DNA from: Naegleria gruberi
Lineage: Eukaryota
Assembly (NCBI GenBank): GCA_000004985.1
Contig: GG738852.1
DNA length: 64,000 bases
Reading direction: 5' to 3' (one strand)
The notes beneath the pieces are model-generated. The model was given only the letters and a program-made list of their open reading frames with translations, was not told the origin of the DNA and searched no databases. Within the stretch, counting starts at the first letter, position 1; the number at the start of each line of letters is the position of its first letter. Of the stretch, positions 41,541 to 54,300 are shown piece by piece. The translations under genes were made by a program, and so were the position numbers.

Positions 41541-44500
41541 TCACAGCCCCTCTTCTTCCTTCTGTTTCATCTTTGCTTTGAGTTCCAGCAGCAACTTATT
41601 CTGTTTGATTGGAAGCTTGCCCAAAAAGCTAAACAAATCGTCATGTTTGATTGATAATTCAGCATTCAAAAATTGTATCACCTTAATTGTTTCTCTGTTG
41701 GAGAAGAACAAATCTATTGGAGCCTCATCTTGGTTCTTGTCATTCATATCTGACAGCACAATTGGACCCTCTATTGTATTTGAGTCTTCGATAACTTGCA
41801 GTATTAAACTGAAGAAGAGAGATTCTTTTGTGTGTTTTAGAGTTGGATTTTTGATGAGTTTGAATCTAAGGCGATTCAGAAAACCTATCAGGAGCTTGTT
41901 GGCCGATGAGGGTGCTTGGATAACCTCCAAAAACACTGTCAACCTCTTGTAAAAGAGTATTGTTTGATAAAATTTGGTTGTTTGCATATCCAATTTTCCT
42001 TTTGACTTGTCCCATAACGATTCTTGAGTTCTAGTCTTTTTGTGATTTCCAACCTTGTAGAGAGCTAATTTTTCCGAAGATTTCATCACCTTCTTGCTTA
42101 CTTTTGTCAGGTGTTCATTCGAACCTGCCACTACATTTCTATTCTCTGATCGATCATCTAGTTTTACCAGCAAATCATACTGAAGTTTTGTTTGAGTGGA
42201 AATAAAGTCCCTTCTCCATTGACCACTGCTTGTCTTTCTGAAGGTAACAGTTTTTGCTTCCTTCTTTTTTTTCAATGCATCCACCTTTCTTGGTGATAAA
42301 TCTTTGGTTTTGTAAAAAGTTTCCCCATTAATATCAACAGCTCCCTTTTTAATGAGGAAATTGGATCCATGTGGACCATCTCCATTTGGATCAAAACCAG
42401 GGGTTACACTGTGTGAAAACTTATTAACCTCTGACATTATGGATTTGAACTCTCCCTCAAATTGTTGTAACTTCTCGTCTAACATTTGCTCATGCTCTTC
42501 ATCAATCAACTGCTTGTTGAGGGCTGCACTATTGAGTTCGTCAACATTGATATTCGAAATATTCTTATATTGTATCCTAGATCTAATGCTATCTATAATA
42601 TGATCTACGTTAGAGGCAAACATATTTGTGTGTGACATTGATGTTGACACAAATGAGGCAGAATTATTTACAGAGATGGATTGATTATTAATAAGATTAT
42701 GGAGGGAGGCTGTACTTGAGTTGGATGAATTAGTTCCACTGCCTGGTGTGAGTGGAGTTAGGTTGTTAGATGATTTTTCTGGGACGTTGGCCACAAAAGT
42801 TGCAATCTTGATTGGAGGAAAAACACGTTCTAAATCTGCTGTTTGATAGTCAACTTCACAATCTTCAATATCAACAATTGTATGGTATCCATGATTGGAT
42901 TGAAGTGGAATTTCTTTAGCTTTCACTCGTTTCAATCTCTCCTCACTTTCTCCCAATTCTTCAGAAGGAAATTTAGCAACAATGCCACCAATACCGGATT
43001 GGGCTGCATGATTAACACCTGTAACGTAATCTCCCTTCTTTTTGTCTTGAGCTCCTGAAGCTCTTTTAATTGTGTCTATAAGTCCTAGTTTTGTTTTCTT
43101 ATTTCTCTCAGCAATGTCAACTTGTTCGTCTGTAATGAAAAGATCATACCCTCCTCCGCCACCACCACCAGGACCAATACTAGATGTTATGCTTCTTGCA
43201 CTGAGTGGAATTGCAATACTGATTACAGAGCTTTTGGTTGTGAGGGGTTTTTCATTGTTAGTTTGAACTTCAGTAATGAAAGTGCCTCCATTGTGTTCTT
43301 GAGTTAGAGAGTTACTCACTTGCTCTTGAACAAATTGTGAAATTGGTTTCAGTCGCTTTTTCTTTTTTCTCTCCCATAAATTGTTTTCCTTGGCATTCTC
43401 CTTGTTGAATGGCTGTTCCTCAGTCTGCCTTTTAAATACGACATGTTTTTCTGATTGATTTTCACTTTCAATTTTTGATTTCATTGGTGAACCTGTTGAT
43501 TTGGCTCTTTGTCTGATTTTTTTCATTGTTTGTTTCATGGTTTCAAAATCTTCATTCTTTTCAATAAGGTCCTTTTGATAGAGTAAATACTTGTTATAAA
43601 ATTCCTCAACTGGTTCTCCTCTGTTAAATAATTTGACATTATTTCCGTGAGTTACCATCATTGCCTTGTTTTTTCCTCTTGACACATGCTCAAATTTCCA
43701 TAATTCCTGTTCCAATTTTTGATAATAGTCACTTGTCACTTGACCTTCCAGACTTTCAGAATTAAGCAATTCTGTTGAGTGTCTCAAAATCAAATGTTCA
43801 GCATTCGCTTGTTTATCATTCTTGTAAGTTCCGTATGGAACAGCATCCTCACCTATTGGAGGATGAATAAAGCCAGGAATACCTAGTAAATTGATATTAT
43901 CAGCTGGATTTTCCTTCTTGTTTTTCTTATTTTTTGAGCTAGTTTTAGAAGGAACACCCGTGTCAACAATTAAATCTGCAGATGTAATATTAACACGAGC
44001 AGAATTGAGAACGTGTTCATCATCATCCTCGTCATGTACTGCAGGGTTGTTTCTCCTCGAGTAAGTTGCTCCTGCTGTTTGAGGTCTTGGTTTTGACTTT
44101 TTAGAATCATTGCCTGCATTGTTACCAATTACTCTATGATTCTTCTCTTGCATTGTCTTAATGTACAAATCATTGACTGTTTGAGGGTAGTGATTTTGAA
44201 GGGATGGAACAACATATTCCAGTTTGGGAGTTGAACTAGTGGGTGTCTTTTCTACACCTGCTGGATTGAAAACAGACTCTCTCCTTTTCAAAACAAATCC
44301 CCCATTTCCAACTAATGACCTGGCACTCTTTGGACTTTTTGTCAAGTCAATTCCTCTCATTGTTTCGTTTGTATCCACTGTAGGAGGTGTTGTTGTTACA
44401 GTATTAATAATTTCTGATAATCCCTGAGCTTTGGGTACCTCCTTTGCAATATCAATTTGAATACTCGGAATATCAAATGCAGTAATTTGCATATTACTAG

Positions 44501-44870
44501 TTGACACTCTTTTAAGTAAGGGTCCTCTCTTTTGTGATGGCAGGCCTTCCGATTGAATGAGAGGTGGTGGAGTGAATAACGAAGATCCAGTCGTGGCTGA
44601 TGAATTTTGTTTAGCATTATTAAAGTTTTCCATTGCATTCCGAAGAGCAGAGCTCCTGTGTGGTGCCGAAAATTGATCGTTTTTATGATGATTATCGGTA
44701 TCCAATAGTGATGGAGTACTACTATGACTGTTATTACCAATGAGGGGACTTTTCCTTCCAACTGATAAAGAACCTCCATTACTACCAGTCCTATGAAAAG
44801 GGCTCCTACCCATTGTGGCCCTCTGTTCCAGAGTAGCAGAAGTGATGGTTAGGCCAACAAAACCATCCAT
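41541..44870 (-). CDS. Hypothetical 1109-aa protein. It has a Ser/Thr/Asn-rich N-terminal half, a poly-Gly stretch (GPGGGGGGGY), and a conserved-looking helical C-terminal about 150 aa (LKHTKESLFFSLILQVIEDSNTIEGPIVLSD...).
   Basis: Single uninterrupted ORF with an ATG at 44870. No family was recognised from the sequence alone. Confidence 0.55.
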   Translation of the reverse strand: MDGFVGLTITSATLEQRATMGRSPFHRTGSNGGSLSVGRKSPLIGNNSHSSTPSLLDTDNHHKNDQFSAPHRSSALRNAMENFNNAKQNSSATTGSSLFTPPPLIQSEGLPSQKRGPLLKRVSTSNMQITAFDIPSIQIDIAKEVPKAQGLSEIINTVTTTPPTVDTNETMRGIDLTKSPKSARSLVGNGGFVLKRRESVFNPAGVEKTPTSSTPKLEYVVPSLQNHYPQTVNDLYIKTMQEKNHRVIGNNAGNDSKKSKPRPQTAGATYSRRNNPAVHDEDDDEHVLNSARVNITSADLIVDTGVPSKTSSKNKKNKKENPADNINLLGIPGFIHPPIGEDAVPYGTYKNDKQANAEHLILRHSTELLNSESLEGQVTSDYYQKLEQELWKFEHVSRGKNKAMMVTHGNNVKLFNRGEPVEEFYNKYLLYQKDLIEKNEDFETMKQTMKKIRQRAKSTGSPMKSKIESENQSEKHVVFKRQTEEQPFNKENAKENNLWERKKKKRLKPISQFVQEQVSNSLTQEHNGGTFITEVQTNNEKPLTTKSSVISIAIPLSARSITSSIGPGGGGGGGYDLFITDEQVDIAERNKKTKLGLIDTIKRASGAQDKKKGDYVTGVNHAAQSGIGGIVAKFPSEELGESEERLKRVKAKEIPLQSNHGYHTIVDIEDCEVDYQTADLERVFPPIKIATFVANVPEKSSNNLTPLTPGSGTNSSNSSTASLHNLINNQSISVNNSASFVSTSMSHTNMFASNVDHIIDSIRSRIQYKNISNINVDELNSAALNKQLIDEEHEQMLDEKLQQFEGEFKSIMSEVNKFSHSVTPGFDPNGDGPHGSNFLIKKGAVDINGETFYKTKDLSPRKVDALKKKKEAKTVTFRKTSSGQWRRDFISTQTKLQYDLLVKLDDRSENRNVVAGSNEHLTKVSKKVMKSSEKLALYKVGNHKKTRTQESLWDKSKGKLDMQTTKFYQTILFYKRLTVFLEVIQAPSSANKLLIGFLNRLRFKLIKNPTLKHTKESLFFSLILQVIEDSNTIEGPIVLSDMNDKNQDEAPIDLFFSNRETIKVIQFLNAELSIKHDDLFSFLGKLPIKQNKLLLELKAKMKQKEEEGL

Positions 44871-45046
44871 TTTATTTTAAAAGCCATTTAAATGGCGCCA
44901 AAACAATACAGATGTGTTTGGAGGGAGATGTTACAAAAATGAGTTAATTTGAAAACTCTGGCTTTGGAACTCGAACAGACAACATCAAGGATGTAGTGAC
45001 ATGATATTTATTTACACAAATTATTTTCAATTAATTAAAACACAAC

Positions 45047-45472
45047 TTAGATGCCCTTAAGACTTTCTAGATCTTTTAACAGATTACCAATTTCAGTTTC
45101 ATCAAACGCTTTCAAGCTAGGAATAAGGGTGGCAGCTTCTTCTGCATCACCTGGCATCAAGTTGGCCAATTGAGCAATTTGGAAAGGTTGGAGCTTTCTT
45201 CTTTCTTGTGAATCTTTAAGTGTCACTGTAGCTCTTCCGAGAGCAGATTTAATTGCCATTGTTGTTTCAACAGATAATCCACCTCCAAATCTTCTGGCAT
45301 AGGTTAAACTCTTATCGAAAACATCGTTAATATAATCTGTTTGTTCTTGTTCCACTTCTTCCTTTTTTTTAGAGAGCATTTGAGCAACTTCGGATATTGT
45401 TAAACATTGTCTATCTTTGAAATCACCCAACTCTAAACGTTCAGAAACTTCTTGTTCATCTACAATTGACAT
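45047..45472 (-). CDS. RPB4: DNA-directed RNA polymerase II subunit Rpb4.
   Basis: 141 aa. The blocks LTISEVAQML, DVFDKSLTYARRF, FQIAQLANLMPGDAEEAATLIPSL and the C-terminal acidic helix are collinear with Rpb4/POLR2D. Confidence 0.78.
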   Translation of the reverse strand: MSIVDEQEVSERLELGDFKDRQCLTISEVAQMLSKKKEEVEQEQTDYINDVFDKSLTYARRFGGGLSVETTMAIKSALGRATVTLKDSQERRKLQPFQIAQLANLMPGDAEEAATLIPSLKAFDETEIGNLLKDLESLKGI

Positions 45473-46016
45473 TATATTGTTGTTGTTCCTAGTTAATCCA
45501 ATAAATTATTAATATTCCTCGTTTTCCACTAATATGATGGAAGGTGTATGTTAATGATGAATATTTTTTTTTAAAGATGATCACTAGAATATTTTTAATT
45601 GTGATGGTTAGCGTAACGGTTGAAGTTCCGGATGAAGATGATGAAATTTACTTGTTATTTTCTCATGTATTGTATTTTGATTTTATCATACTTCTGCCAA
45701 CCACATGTAATAACTTGCAAGGGTATGAATGATTGTTAGGAGTTTTGATATTCCAGCTGAAGCAACTTCTTCAGTATTATAAAAAAAATACCCTCCAACA
45801 ACAATCGTCTTCTATTGAATATCTTTTACAGCTCTCCATCAAACACAAGAACGTTATTTGAACGGATTGTGTTTTAGAGTAGTAGTAGTAGTAACAATTA
45901 ATAGAATTTCAATTTCCAAAATAATCGGAAACAACAAGGGATTTTTAATCGGATTTATTTGATCATCACACAATTTAAATAATAATAACAATAATTTAAA
46001 TAATTTCGAAAATAGA

Positions 46017-48589
46017 ATGAGAAATATTAGGCAGAGGAAAATAGATCCCAACAAGCCAATGCCTGTTGTTATCTTTTATTCTCTACTCAACACATATTGT
46101 AATGCTTCCTCGAAATCATCAACAACGAGCACGGCTCAAGAATCGGCATCATCAACTTGTTTATCAACAACACCCACTTCCGAGCTATTGGAAACAATGA
46201 TGACCAAATTGAAGAAAACAAATGGGTATAAAAACATTGAGAATCACTATAGGAATATATCCCAACGATTATCAATGTCTGATTTAGATGAGATGAAATT
46301 AATTATGAAAGAATCTGGTCTTGACGAAGAAACATTGAAGGTATGTTCCATCTTATAACATTGATTATTGAGAATCCGTAAAAGTCTATTCGACATGCTC
46401 AAGAAATTGCTGATGATCAGGCAAATAATTATACCTATGACCATACACTTGATAGCGATGCTCATGAGGATGGCCATCACAGTAGTGGCAGTAGAGGAGG
46501 ATTAGGAAATTCGAGAAGAGGTGGAAGTGGAGCCATTAAACAATCATCTCATCAACAATCCGAACCACAACATGGTGCAACAGAAAGTGTAATTTTTACA
46601 CCATTTGTAAATATTATTGACATTGACAATATGGAATTATCAGATTTTGAAAATGGAATAACGCCCTCATCCTCAAATAGTTCTGTGAGGTCTCAATTTT
46701 TGGATACAAAAGAAAAGAAGAGACGACGAAATGCAGAACAAAGAACTAGTAGAAAAAAAGTTAAATATCAGCCACCACCTCAATACATACATTTCCATGA
46801 AAAAACAACACAGGTTGTTGAACCTGAAAAGATAATTTACGATATGGAAGATGACGATTTTGAGTGGCTTTCTAATTTTCAAACAAAATATTTGGAAGAA
46901 TATGAAATGTGCATTTGTAATAATTCAAATTTGGACCTACTTTTACAACGTTGGAAAGTCACCCAAAAGGATAATCTTCCTACTCCAAGTCAAGTATTGC
47001 ATTTATTTGATGAAGATTTTATTGAAGAATCAATAGATAGATTTGAAAAGACGACATCTTTTTCCAATGAGCTATGCTCATTCAAGAGTGCTATTAACAA
47101 GTTTCCTTCACTAGGTAGATTATTTTTTGATATTGAAATTTTTACTCAAGAGACTAAGAATGAAACAAAAGGCTCATCAAAGAAGAGTTCTGCAGAAAAA
47201 CTTTCACGAAATAATCGATTTCTCCACTCCTCTATACCCATTATTACCACTACACATCGAGTTGATGACTCTGACAGATACAAATTTAATCTGTTCAATC
47301 AATCAATTACTTGTAATAGTTTAATACCTCCTTCAAACTCACAAAATCCTTCACAACTAGAAAAGAGTACCAACTCTCTAGGAAATTCTAAGTCCCCAAG
47401 TAGTAGCACTAATGGCTACAACAATTTAACAACTTCCCTTTTTCCCTCCCAACCACAATGTACAAATAATATTATCAACAACAGAGAAAATAATTCTGAA
47501 AAAGTACTACCAACTCAATTCCTATACGAAATTTATTTATTTTGGAGATCAAAACGATTATCTAGAAGAGTAACCAACACTGACAAACAACTCTATCCTT
47601 ATTGTGGTAAACCACTGCTTGTAGATTTTGAAAAAGAGCCAGATATTAATGATCAAAGTCCTCATGCTGCTTTCAGACTTAGAGAATTACCAAAGAAACA
47701 AACAGAAGAAATACAAAATGATGAAGCCTCCCTGTACAAATTAAGAAAATTGAAAAAAGAACTTTCCATGTTGAAAGATATAATGACCAAAGTTAATGAA
47801 AGAGAATCTAAGAAATTGGACTATGTCAAATTGACCCGAGATATTTTGCTGTTTGAGCAAAATAAAATACCAGAGGCACCAATACCTGATCCTTCCAGTG
47901 CCACCAATGAGGATACATCCATTATAATAACACAACAAACGGAAAATGAACAACAACAGCAAGCCACCGAAACAATAGTAGAAAAGCCTTACTATGAACC
48001 AATATCAGAAGAGGCTTGGAGCGAGCAATTTAGTCAAGACGAATCTGGTTTTACAACAATGAATTTACTTCACTTTATGGAAATTTTAAAGAAAAATAAT
48101 AGACCATTCTTTCCATTCTTGCTACAATATGTTAAAAAGACAAGAAGTTTTGAAGGAGACGAAGTCATTCCAGAACAATTCAACACCATGCTTCCAAAAT
48201 ATGTGCCTGGTAGTGAATATAATGTGAGTTTATCAGCAAGAAAAAATTCAGTCCTTTTTGATACAGAATCTTTGAATCAGGATGAGTTGACAAGAAACGA
48301 AATGAGAATGGACTATACAATTGATAACTTGTTGAATGACGAGATCGAGACACAAAAAAAGTTGTTTGAGGCAGCTGAAAATAATAATGGAACTTGTTCA
48401 ACGGAAATGCTATTAAGCATGTTGGATGAGGATGAAAAGGAAGCTCCTCCTAAACAAGAGCCTATTGGTCCAATTGTTGAAGTTCAACTGAGCGAATTTG
48501 AAGAGAAATCGTCAAATCCCAATGAAAATATTACTTCCATTCAATTTCCAAAAACAAATGAGAATAGTTTTGTGTATGGTGAAGAATAA
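46017..48589 (+). CDS. Enhancer of Polycomb-like protein (EPC/Epl1, NuA4 subunit). Exon 1 is 46017..46340, intron 46341..46384 (44 nt, GTATGT..AAAAG), exon 2 is 46385..48589.
   Basis: Exon 1, RNIRQRKIDPNKPMPVVIF...ENHYRNISQRLS, matches the EPC N-terminus (RARALDASKPLPVF...EHHLQRAIS). Exon 2, KKVKYQPPPQYIHFHEK...IIYDMEDDDFEWLSNF...IDRFEK, matches the EPcA blocks (YDLDSEDEVFVNKL, DRLEK). The join is phase 0/0. Confidence 0.72.
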
Positions 48590-48719
48590 ATGATATTGTT
48601 TTTGCACACGAAAAGGTAAAATCAATTTCATTTATTATGACTTCGTTAGATTTGCTCCAACTAGACCCATAAAATTTTACACGTACGACTTTTTGGCTTG
48701 TTACCATACTAATAAATCT

Positions 48720-51055
48720 TTAAGGGTAGAATTTAACTGAATTTTTCTTTTCAAAGAACCAAGGAGAAACAAGTTCATTGTAAGTTTCACATCTTGATTC
48801 CTCTTCTTGTTTGTCGTCTTGTGTATAGAAGGAATTTGTTTGTGCATAAGCAGAAGGCTTAACAGGGTGTTTAGGGTTAAAGGTGGCTAGACGAGATCCC
48901 TGAGCGGTTAGCAAACAACAATCTCCTTTTGAAATGGAATGACCATATTCACTTGTCTTATAGAATCTAGCTCGACAGAATGAAAAGTAGATTCCTGCAG
49001 ATTTGAATTTTTCATTAAATAACGTTTGGTAAACTTGAAGTTCAGCAAGTTCTTGTTTTGAAATTCCTGAAATTGATAAACCCACATCATCTAAAAGTTG
49101 ACCAACTGGCATTGTTAATAATTTTTCCATTGTATGAATATTGAGAGTAGCACAACATCTCTTAAAACAAAAATTCTCAAAAAGACCTTCATGAAGAACA
49201 GCTGAACTACCTTTTGGTTTGGCAAGATTCATTTTTACAAAGAGTGATGCCAACTTGGTATCTTTGAGTGTTGAGTTTAGAGGATTACGGGTAGGAAGAG
49301 AAGTCATCGAAATTGATTTCATACCATTTGTATAGATATTCAGTATATTCTTGGAGCTATCAGATATTATCATGATAGCTAGAAGTCTGCTGAGCTCTCT
49401 TTCATCCCCCATAATATAGTGACGAAGATGAATAGATGCTTGCTTGTTAGTGGTAAAATCATTACGTTGAGTCCATCTATTTCTGGAGGGATCATTGCAT
49501 GATACTCTTCGTGTATAAAATATGTTTGTTGGTACAGCTAGATCCAAAACAAGTAAAGATAGTGGATTTGGCATAATCTTGGAATCAATACCATCAACTT
49601 TTTGGAAATGTATACCAGTAATTTGTTTGAAATTAATTTCCATCGCTAAAACAATACTATTTTTAAGTCTTTCAAACTCTCTAAACATTAAACCTTTCAA
49701 TCCAGCCTCAGTCAAGGCAGATTTCAATACAGGGAAATATGTTAATCTTTCTTGTTCAGATTGGAAGTTGTTTTGGTAAAGTGGTGAATAAGTATAGAAT
49801 GTGTATATGAGGGCATGTCTATATGGATTAACCTTGATACGGAATTGACCATCATACGAAGGATCAGGAGACCAATTTCCAACTATTGAAATTCAGTAAT
49901 AATCAACAAGTAGTACTTACTGGTTATTCTCTTAATTCTAGCACCATCTGTCTTGTACTCTCTCATTCTTTCTAATTCTGTTTCGTCAGTGATGCCCCTA
50001 GTTTCAGGGTCTGTTGGATCAACATCAAATTCACGATCTTCAGAGAAATTATTTGTATCGAAATATAAACTATCAAGTGGCTTTCCAGATTTTTCCAAAT
50101 GTTCCTTTTTTTGCTTTTTTGATATTATTGTTGCCTTGGCACTATTAAGCACATCTGCACGTTTTGTGACCCATTCAGAAGTTGGTTGTTGACTCTTAGG
50201 AATAAACTTTTTCTCAACAAATTGTTGTAGAAATTCATTACTTGGATGAATTTCATAAGCACTGAGATACTTCAAATATCCAGGAGTGGAGGGTCTAATA
50301 TTAAATTTTGGATTATTAGCGGTTCTTCTCAGTTCCTGAAGCAACATCATCTTCCTCACATCGGTAAGGAGTGGTCTCAATGCATTGAGTAAGGTACGAT
50401 AGTAAATTGAATCTTCATTCGAACAAGGATCACATGATAAGATTACACATACTGTTTTCAAAACTGACTCCATAGCTTCTTCTTGCATCGTTTCAAAGAA
50501 GCCCTCAACTACATCAGTTTGTAAAAACTCTTTGGCCTTTTTTTCTTCTGATTCAGTAATGTCCTCAATTACCACTCCACGGTTTTTGATTTGTTTGGCA
50601 TCTTTAGCTTGCTTTTTTGCTTTGAGCTTTTTCTCCTTCAATTCTTTGGATACAAGACCAAAAACTCTGCCAAATGGTGACTTGTCACCAGTATAAATTT
50701 CAACATCCTCCTCATTGTCTTCTTCTTCATCCTCATCCTCATCTTCCTCATCTTCATCATCATGCACTTCCTCTCCACAACATGGACAAACTCTGCCACC
50801 ACTTGAAGGAGGAATCACCCCCATGTCCATTAACATTTGTTGAAGGAGCATCTTTTTCATTAGATCTTCATCATCCTCATCATAATATTCGTCATCATCC
50901 TCATCAGTGTAGTATTCATCATCATCATCATCCTCATAATCATCATCGTCGTATTCATCATCATCATCGTCTTCATCCGATTGGAATTTTGGAACAATTC
51001 TTGAACCTTCACCACCTGTAAAATTAAAACTTGGTGTAATATTTGCATTATTCAA
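48720..51055 (-). CDS. Hypothetical protein of about 775 aa with an extremely acidic DE/Y-rich N-terminal region and a CPCCGEEV motif. Exon A is 51055..49911, intron 49910..49873 (38 nt, GTAAGT..CAATAG), exon B is 49872..48720. The true start is uncertain; an upstream frame MGKNKKTHNSSGGGKKAANSS... at 51276 may join through a small intron.
   Basis: ORFs 49883..51055 and 48720..49727 join in phase 1 across a 38-nt GTAAGTAC...CAATAG intron, giving ...ARIKRIT|IGNWSPDPSYDGQFRIKVNPY.... No domain was recognised. Confidence 0.55.
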
Positions 51056-51349
51056 ATTTCCTAATGAGAAATCAAAGAGTGGTTTCTTTCCGTTGTTGTT
51101 ATTATTGTTATTTGCTCCAAATACAAAACTTGCACTCTTTTGTTGATTATTATTGGTGGATGTAGTTGATGATGGTGTGGTTGTTGTGTTACTACTGTAT
51201 TACTTGCAGGCTTAGAACTGTTAGCAGCCTTTTTTCCTCCACCCGATGAATTGTGAGTCTTTTTGTTCTTGCCCATTTTTTTAAGTTTTCCATTACCAGC
51301 AAGAACAAAATATCATGATGGAAATTGGCCAAACATTTTCTGAAAGAAT

Positions 51350-54300
51350 TTATTGTTGGGAAGTGGAGGATGTTGTTTTTGTTTGTTGTTTTTGTTGTTG
51401 TTCAGATGTAGCCTCATCCATAGAGTCAACCATGACATCAACCAGATCACGAGTAACCTTGTCTCTTGAGATAACTTGGAATTGATTCTTCTTGAAATAT
51501 TCCTTACCTCCAATAATGACACGTTTGAGACCTTGGAGACTAGGATCAAGTGGTTCTTCATTTCTCACATTATTTCTCTTAAAGGTCACATATTCGAAAG
51601 CTCTTGGTGCATTTTCCTTTAACAAACCAACAGATTTGATCTTTTTGTTTTCTTCAGTTTGATTGAGAAGAGATTCGGTCAATTCAGTCATGAGTACTTC
51701 TCTTGCTTGTTCGGCTGCTTCCTTATCAAATCTTAATGGATATCTATTGGCTAACCACAGGTAGAGATCAATCATTCTATGGTAAAATTCAATATTCTTC
51801 AATGCTTCTTGTAAATAAACACTGACACTATTGACAAATCCTTGTTCGGTGACTTTAGCCTTTTCCCTAATCTTGTCAAGAATTCTCAAAATATTTTCCA
51901 TATCAATATTTAAAGGAACGGCGGCAATGTTTGGATTTGAAAAGTCTTCAACATAGCGAATGTGCATTTCTTTAGCTCTGTCAAATCCTGGAACTGGAGC
52001 ATTGACAAAGTCAAACTTTTGTTTCAATGTCAATTTTGGACCAGCATCATCGATGGAAGTGGCCAAGTCCAAAACCTGTTGAACATCACAGAAGAAAAAG
52101 TCCTTATGAATTCTACTGAGAGCAAAGAATTTTTCTAAAACTTCATAGAGAGAAATTCCACTTCCTTCTGGGTTGTTGGCGAGTTCCTTAGCCTTATAGA
52201 CCTTGGAGAATGATTCAACTTGGTCCCATTCTGGGAACAAACCAGCTTTGGTGATTTCTTCATTTGGAATATTCATACATTGATGAAGATATTGTAAGTC
52301 ATTTTCATAGAAGGTAGTTACTTGACCAATTTCATGGAATCCTCTTCTACCAGCTCTACCTGCAATTTGTTTGACAAGCGAAACGTCAAGTGGAGCAACA
52401 CCTCCCTTTGAATAGTCATACTTGGTCATTCTATAGAAGACCACTCGCTTAATATTCAAGTTAAGACCCATACCAACAGCATCACTTGCTACAAGAACAG
52501 TGAAATCTCTTTGACCTCCGTTCTCTTCAGGATCTTGATTGCCACTGTCATTGAAAAGTTCAGCTTGCTCTGTTCTTACTTCTGGTGGGAGTGCTCCATA
52601 AATTACACAACATCTAATACCAGTATTAATTTCAATCATCTTTTTGATTTCATAAATTTCATTTCTAGAAAAGGTTACGATACAATCAAAATCTTTGATA
52701 TTTTGTACACTTCCTTGAAGAGATTCTGAGCTAATTTCTAGTGGTTTCATTCTTGTGTATGGAATAACATCGATGCTATCAGCAATTCCAGACTTGGTAT
52801 ATTGTAATAACTTGTTTGCAGCAACAGGTTGATGGTAGTGATAGAGATTTTGATTTGAATCTACATTATCACTCTCACTTGTTGGGTCATAGTTTGGATT
52901 TTCACTTTCTACAACTTCAATTTCAGCATCTAATTTGTTATCGCCACCGAAAATCAAATTCTTTACAATAGTCAATGCACTACCATCACCACAAATGTGA
53001 ATTTCTCTAGCTTGCAAGCCAAGTAATGCTCTGGTCCAAGCAGCTCCTCTCTGATTATCAGAAATCATTTGAATTTCATCCACAACAGCCACATCATAGA
53101 CTTCATTCAAATCTGCCATTTCAATAGTACAAGCCACATGATTTGCGCCTGGTATGATTCTTCTTTCTTGGCCGGTCATTAAATTACACTTGCAACCATA
53201 TTGAGTATTCATTTTAGTAAAGACCTCTTGAGCCAAAAGTCTCAATGGACCACAATAGACACCATTCTCTGATTGGGACAATCTTGTTAACGCAGCATGG
53301 GTTTTACCTGAATTGGTTGGACCCATGTGATAGATAATCTTTCTTCCAAATGGAATTGACTTTTTGTAATAATTGAAAGGATTGGTCATATCACAAGTTT
53401 TCAAAGCTTCTGTATATAAATGATAATCCTCTGGATACCTCTGTTGAACAAAAGTATTAAACCATACTGAAACTTCATTTGAAAAGTTGGAGTGTGAAAG
53501 GGCCATGTCTGTTATTGCTGAAAAGTCATAGAATAAAAAGTCGCTCACATTGGAAAAGAGAGATTCGTCCTTCTTATCCGAAACATTGGATTGAATGATA
53601 TTTTCTGGATGGAATGCCAAAATATCTTCGACAAGAGCTGCAAAATCTGGATCATTATTAGATCTTACAACAATTTCACTACAGAAAATTTCAAAAATCA
53701 ATTCATAGTGAATAGATTTACACTTGGATTTGAAATTCAAATTATTCTTAACATGATTAAGCATGAAAGATTTAAACCTTTCAACTGTTTCTGCATTAAT
53801 AACAGTTGTTACAAGAGTTTGTTCAGTATTTTTCTTGAAATCTAAATTTTCTGGACATTTAGCGGAAACTGTAGGATAGCTCCAATCCTTATACTTGTTC
53901 TCTGAGAAATTATTTTGTTGATTATTCTTATTGTGAACGGAAGGCCTAGATTTTGATAAAAGTCTATTAACCATAGAATTGACTTCATTCTCTACAGAAT
54001 TGTCAACAGGTCGGGAAATGTCAAAATTATTTCTTCTTTGATTAAATTGTTTAGAGTTGTTAAATCTATCATTTCTATTACTATTGTTGTTATTGTTGTA
54101 ATTATTATCATTTCTATTATTGCTATTATAGTTATTACGTTGTCTTCTATTATTGTTATCATTTCTTCTCTTTGTGGTTGAAGAATCTTCATCAAAATAT
54201 TTGAAATTATCATTGGTGTCCCTCTTTTTGTAAGAATCATTGTTGTGAGGATTGTGGGAATAGTGATGTTGATTCTTATTGTTGTTAAAGGATTTTTTAT

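Noticed and set aside
51061-51561. Two small minus-strand ORFs (71 and 82 aa) between the acidic-protein gene and SUV3.
   Set aside because: The 82-aa ORF overlaps the SUV3 3' end in another frame. The 71-aa ORF (MGKNKK...) is more plausibly a 5' exon or UTR of the downstream acidic-protein gene than an independent gene. It is kept only as a note.
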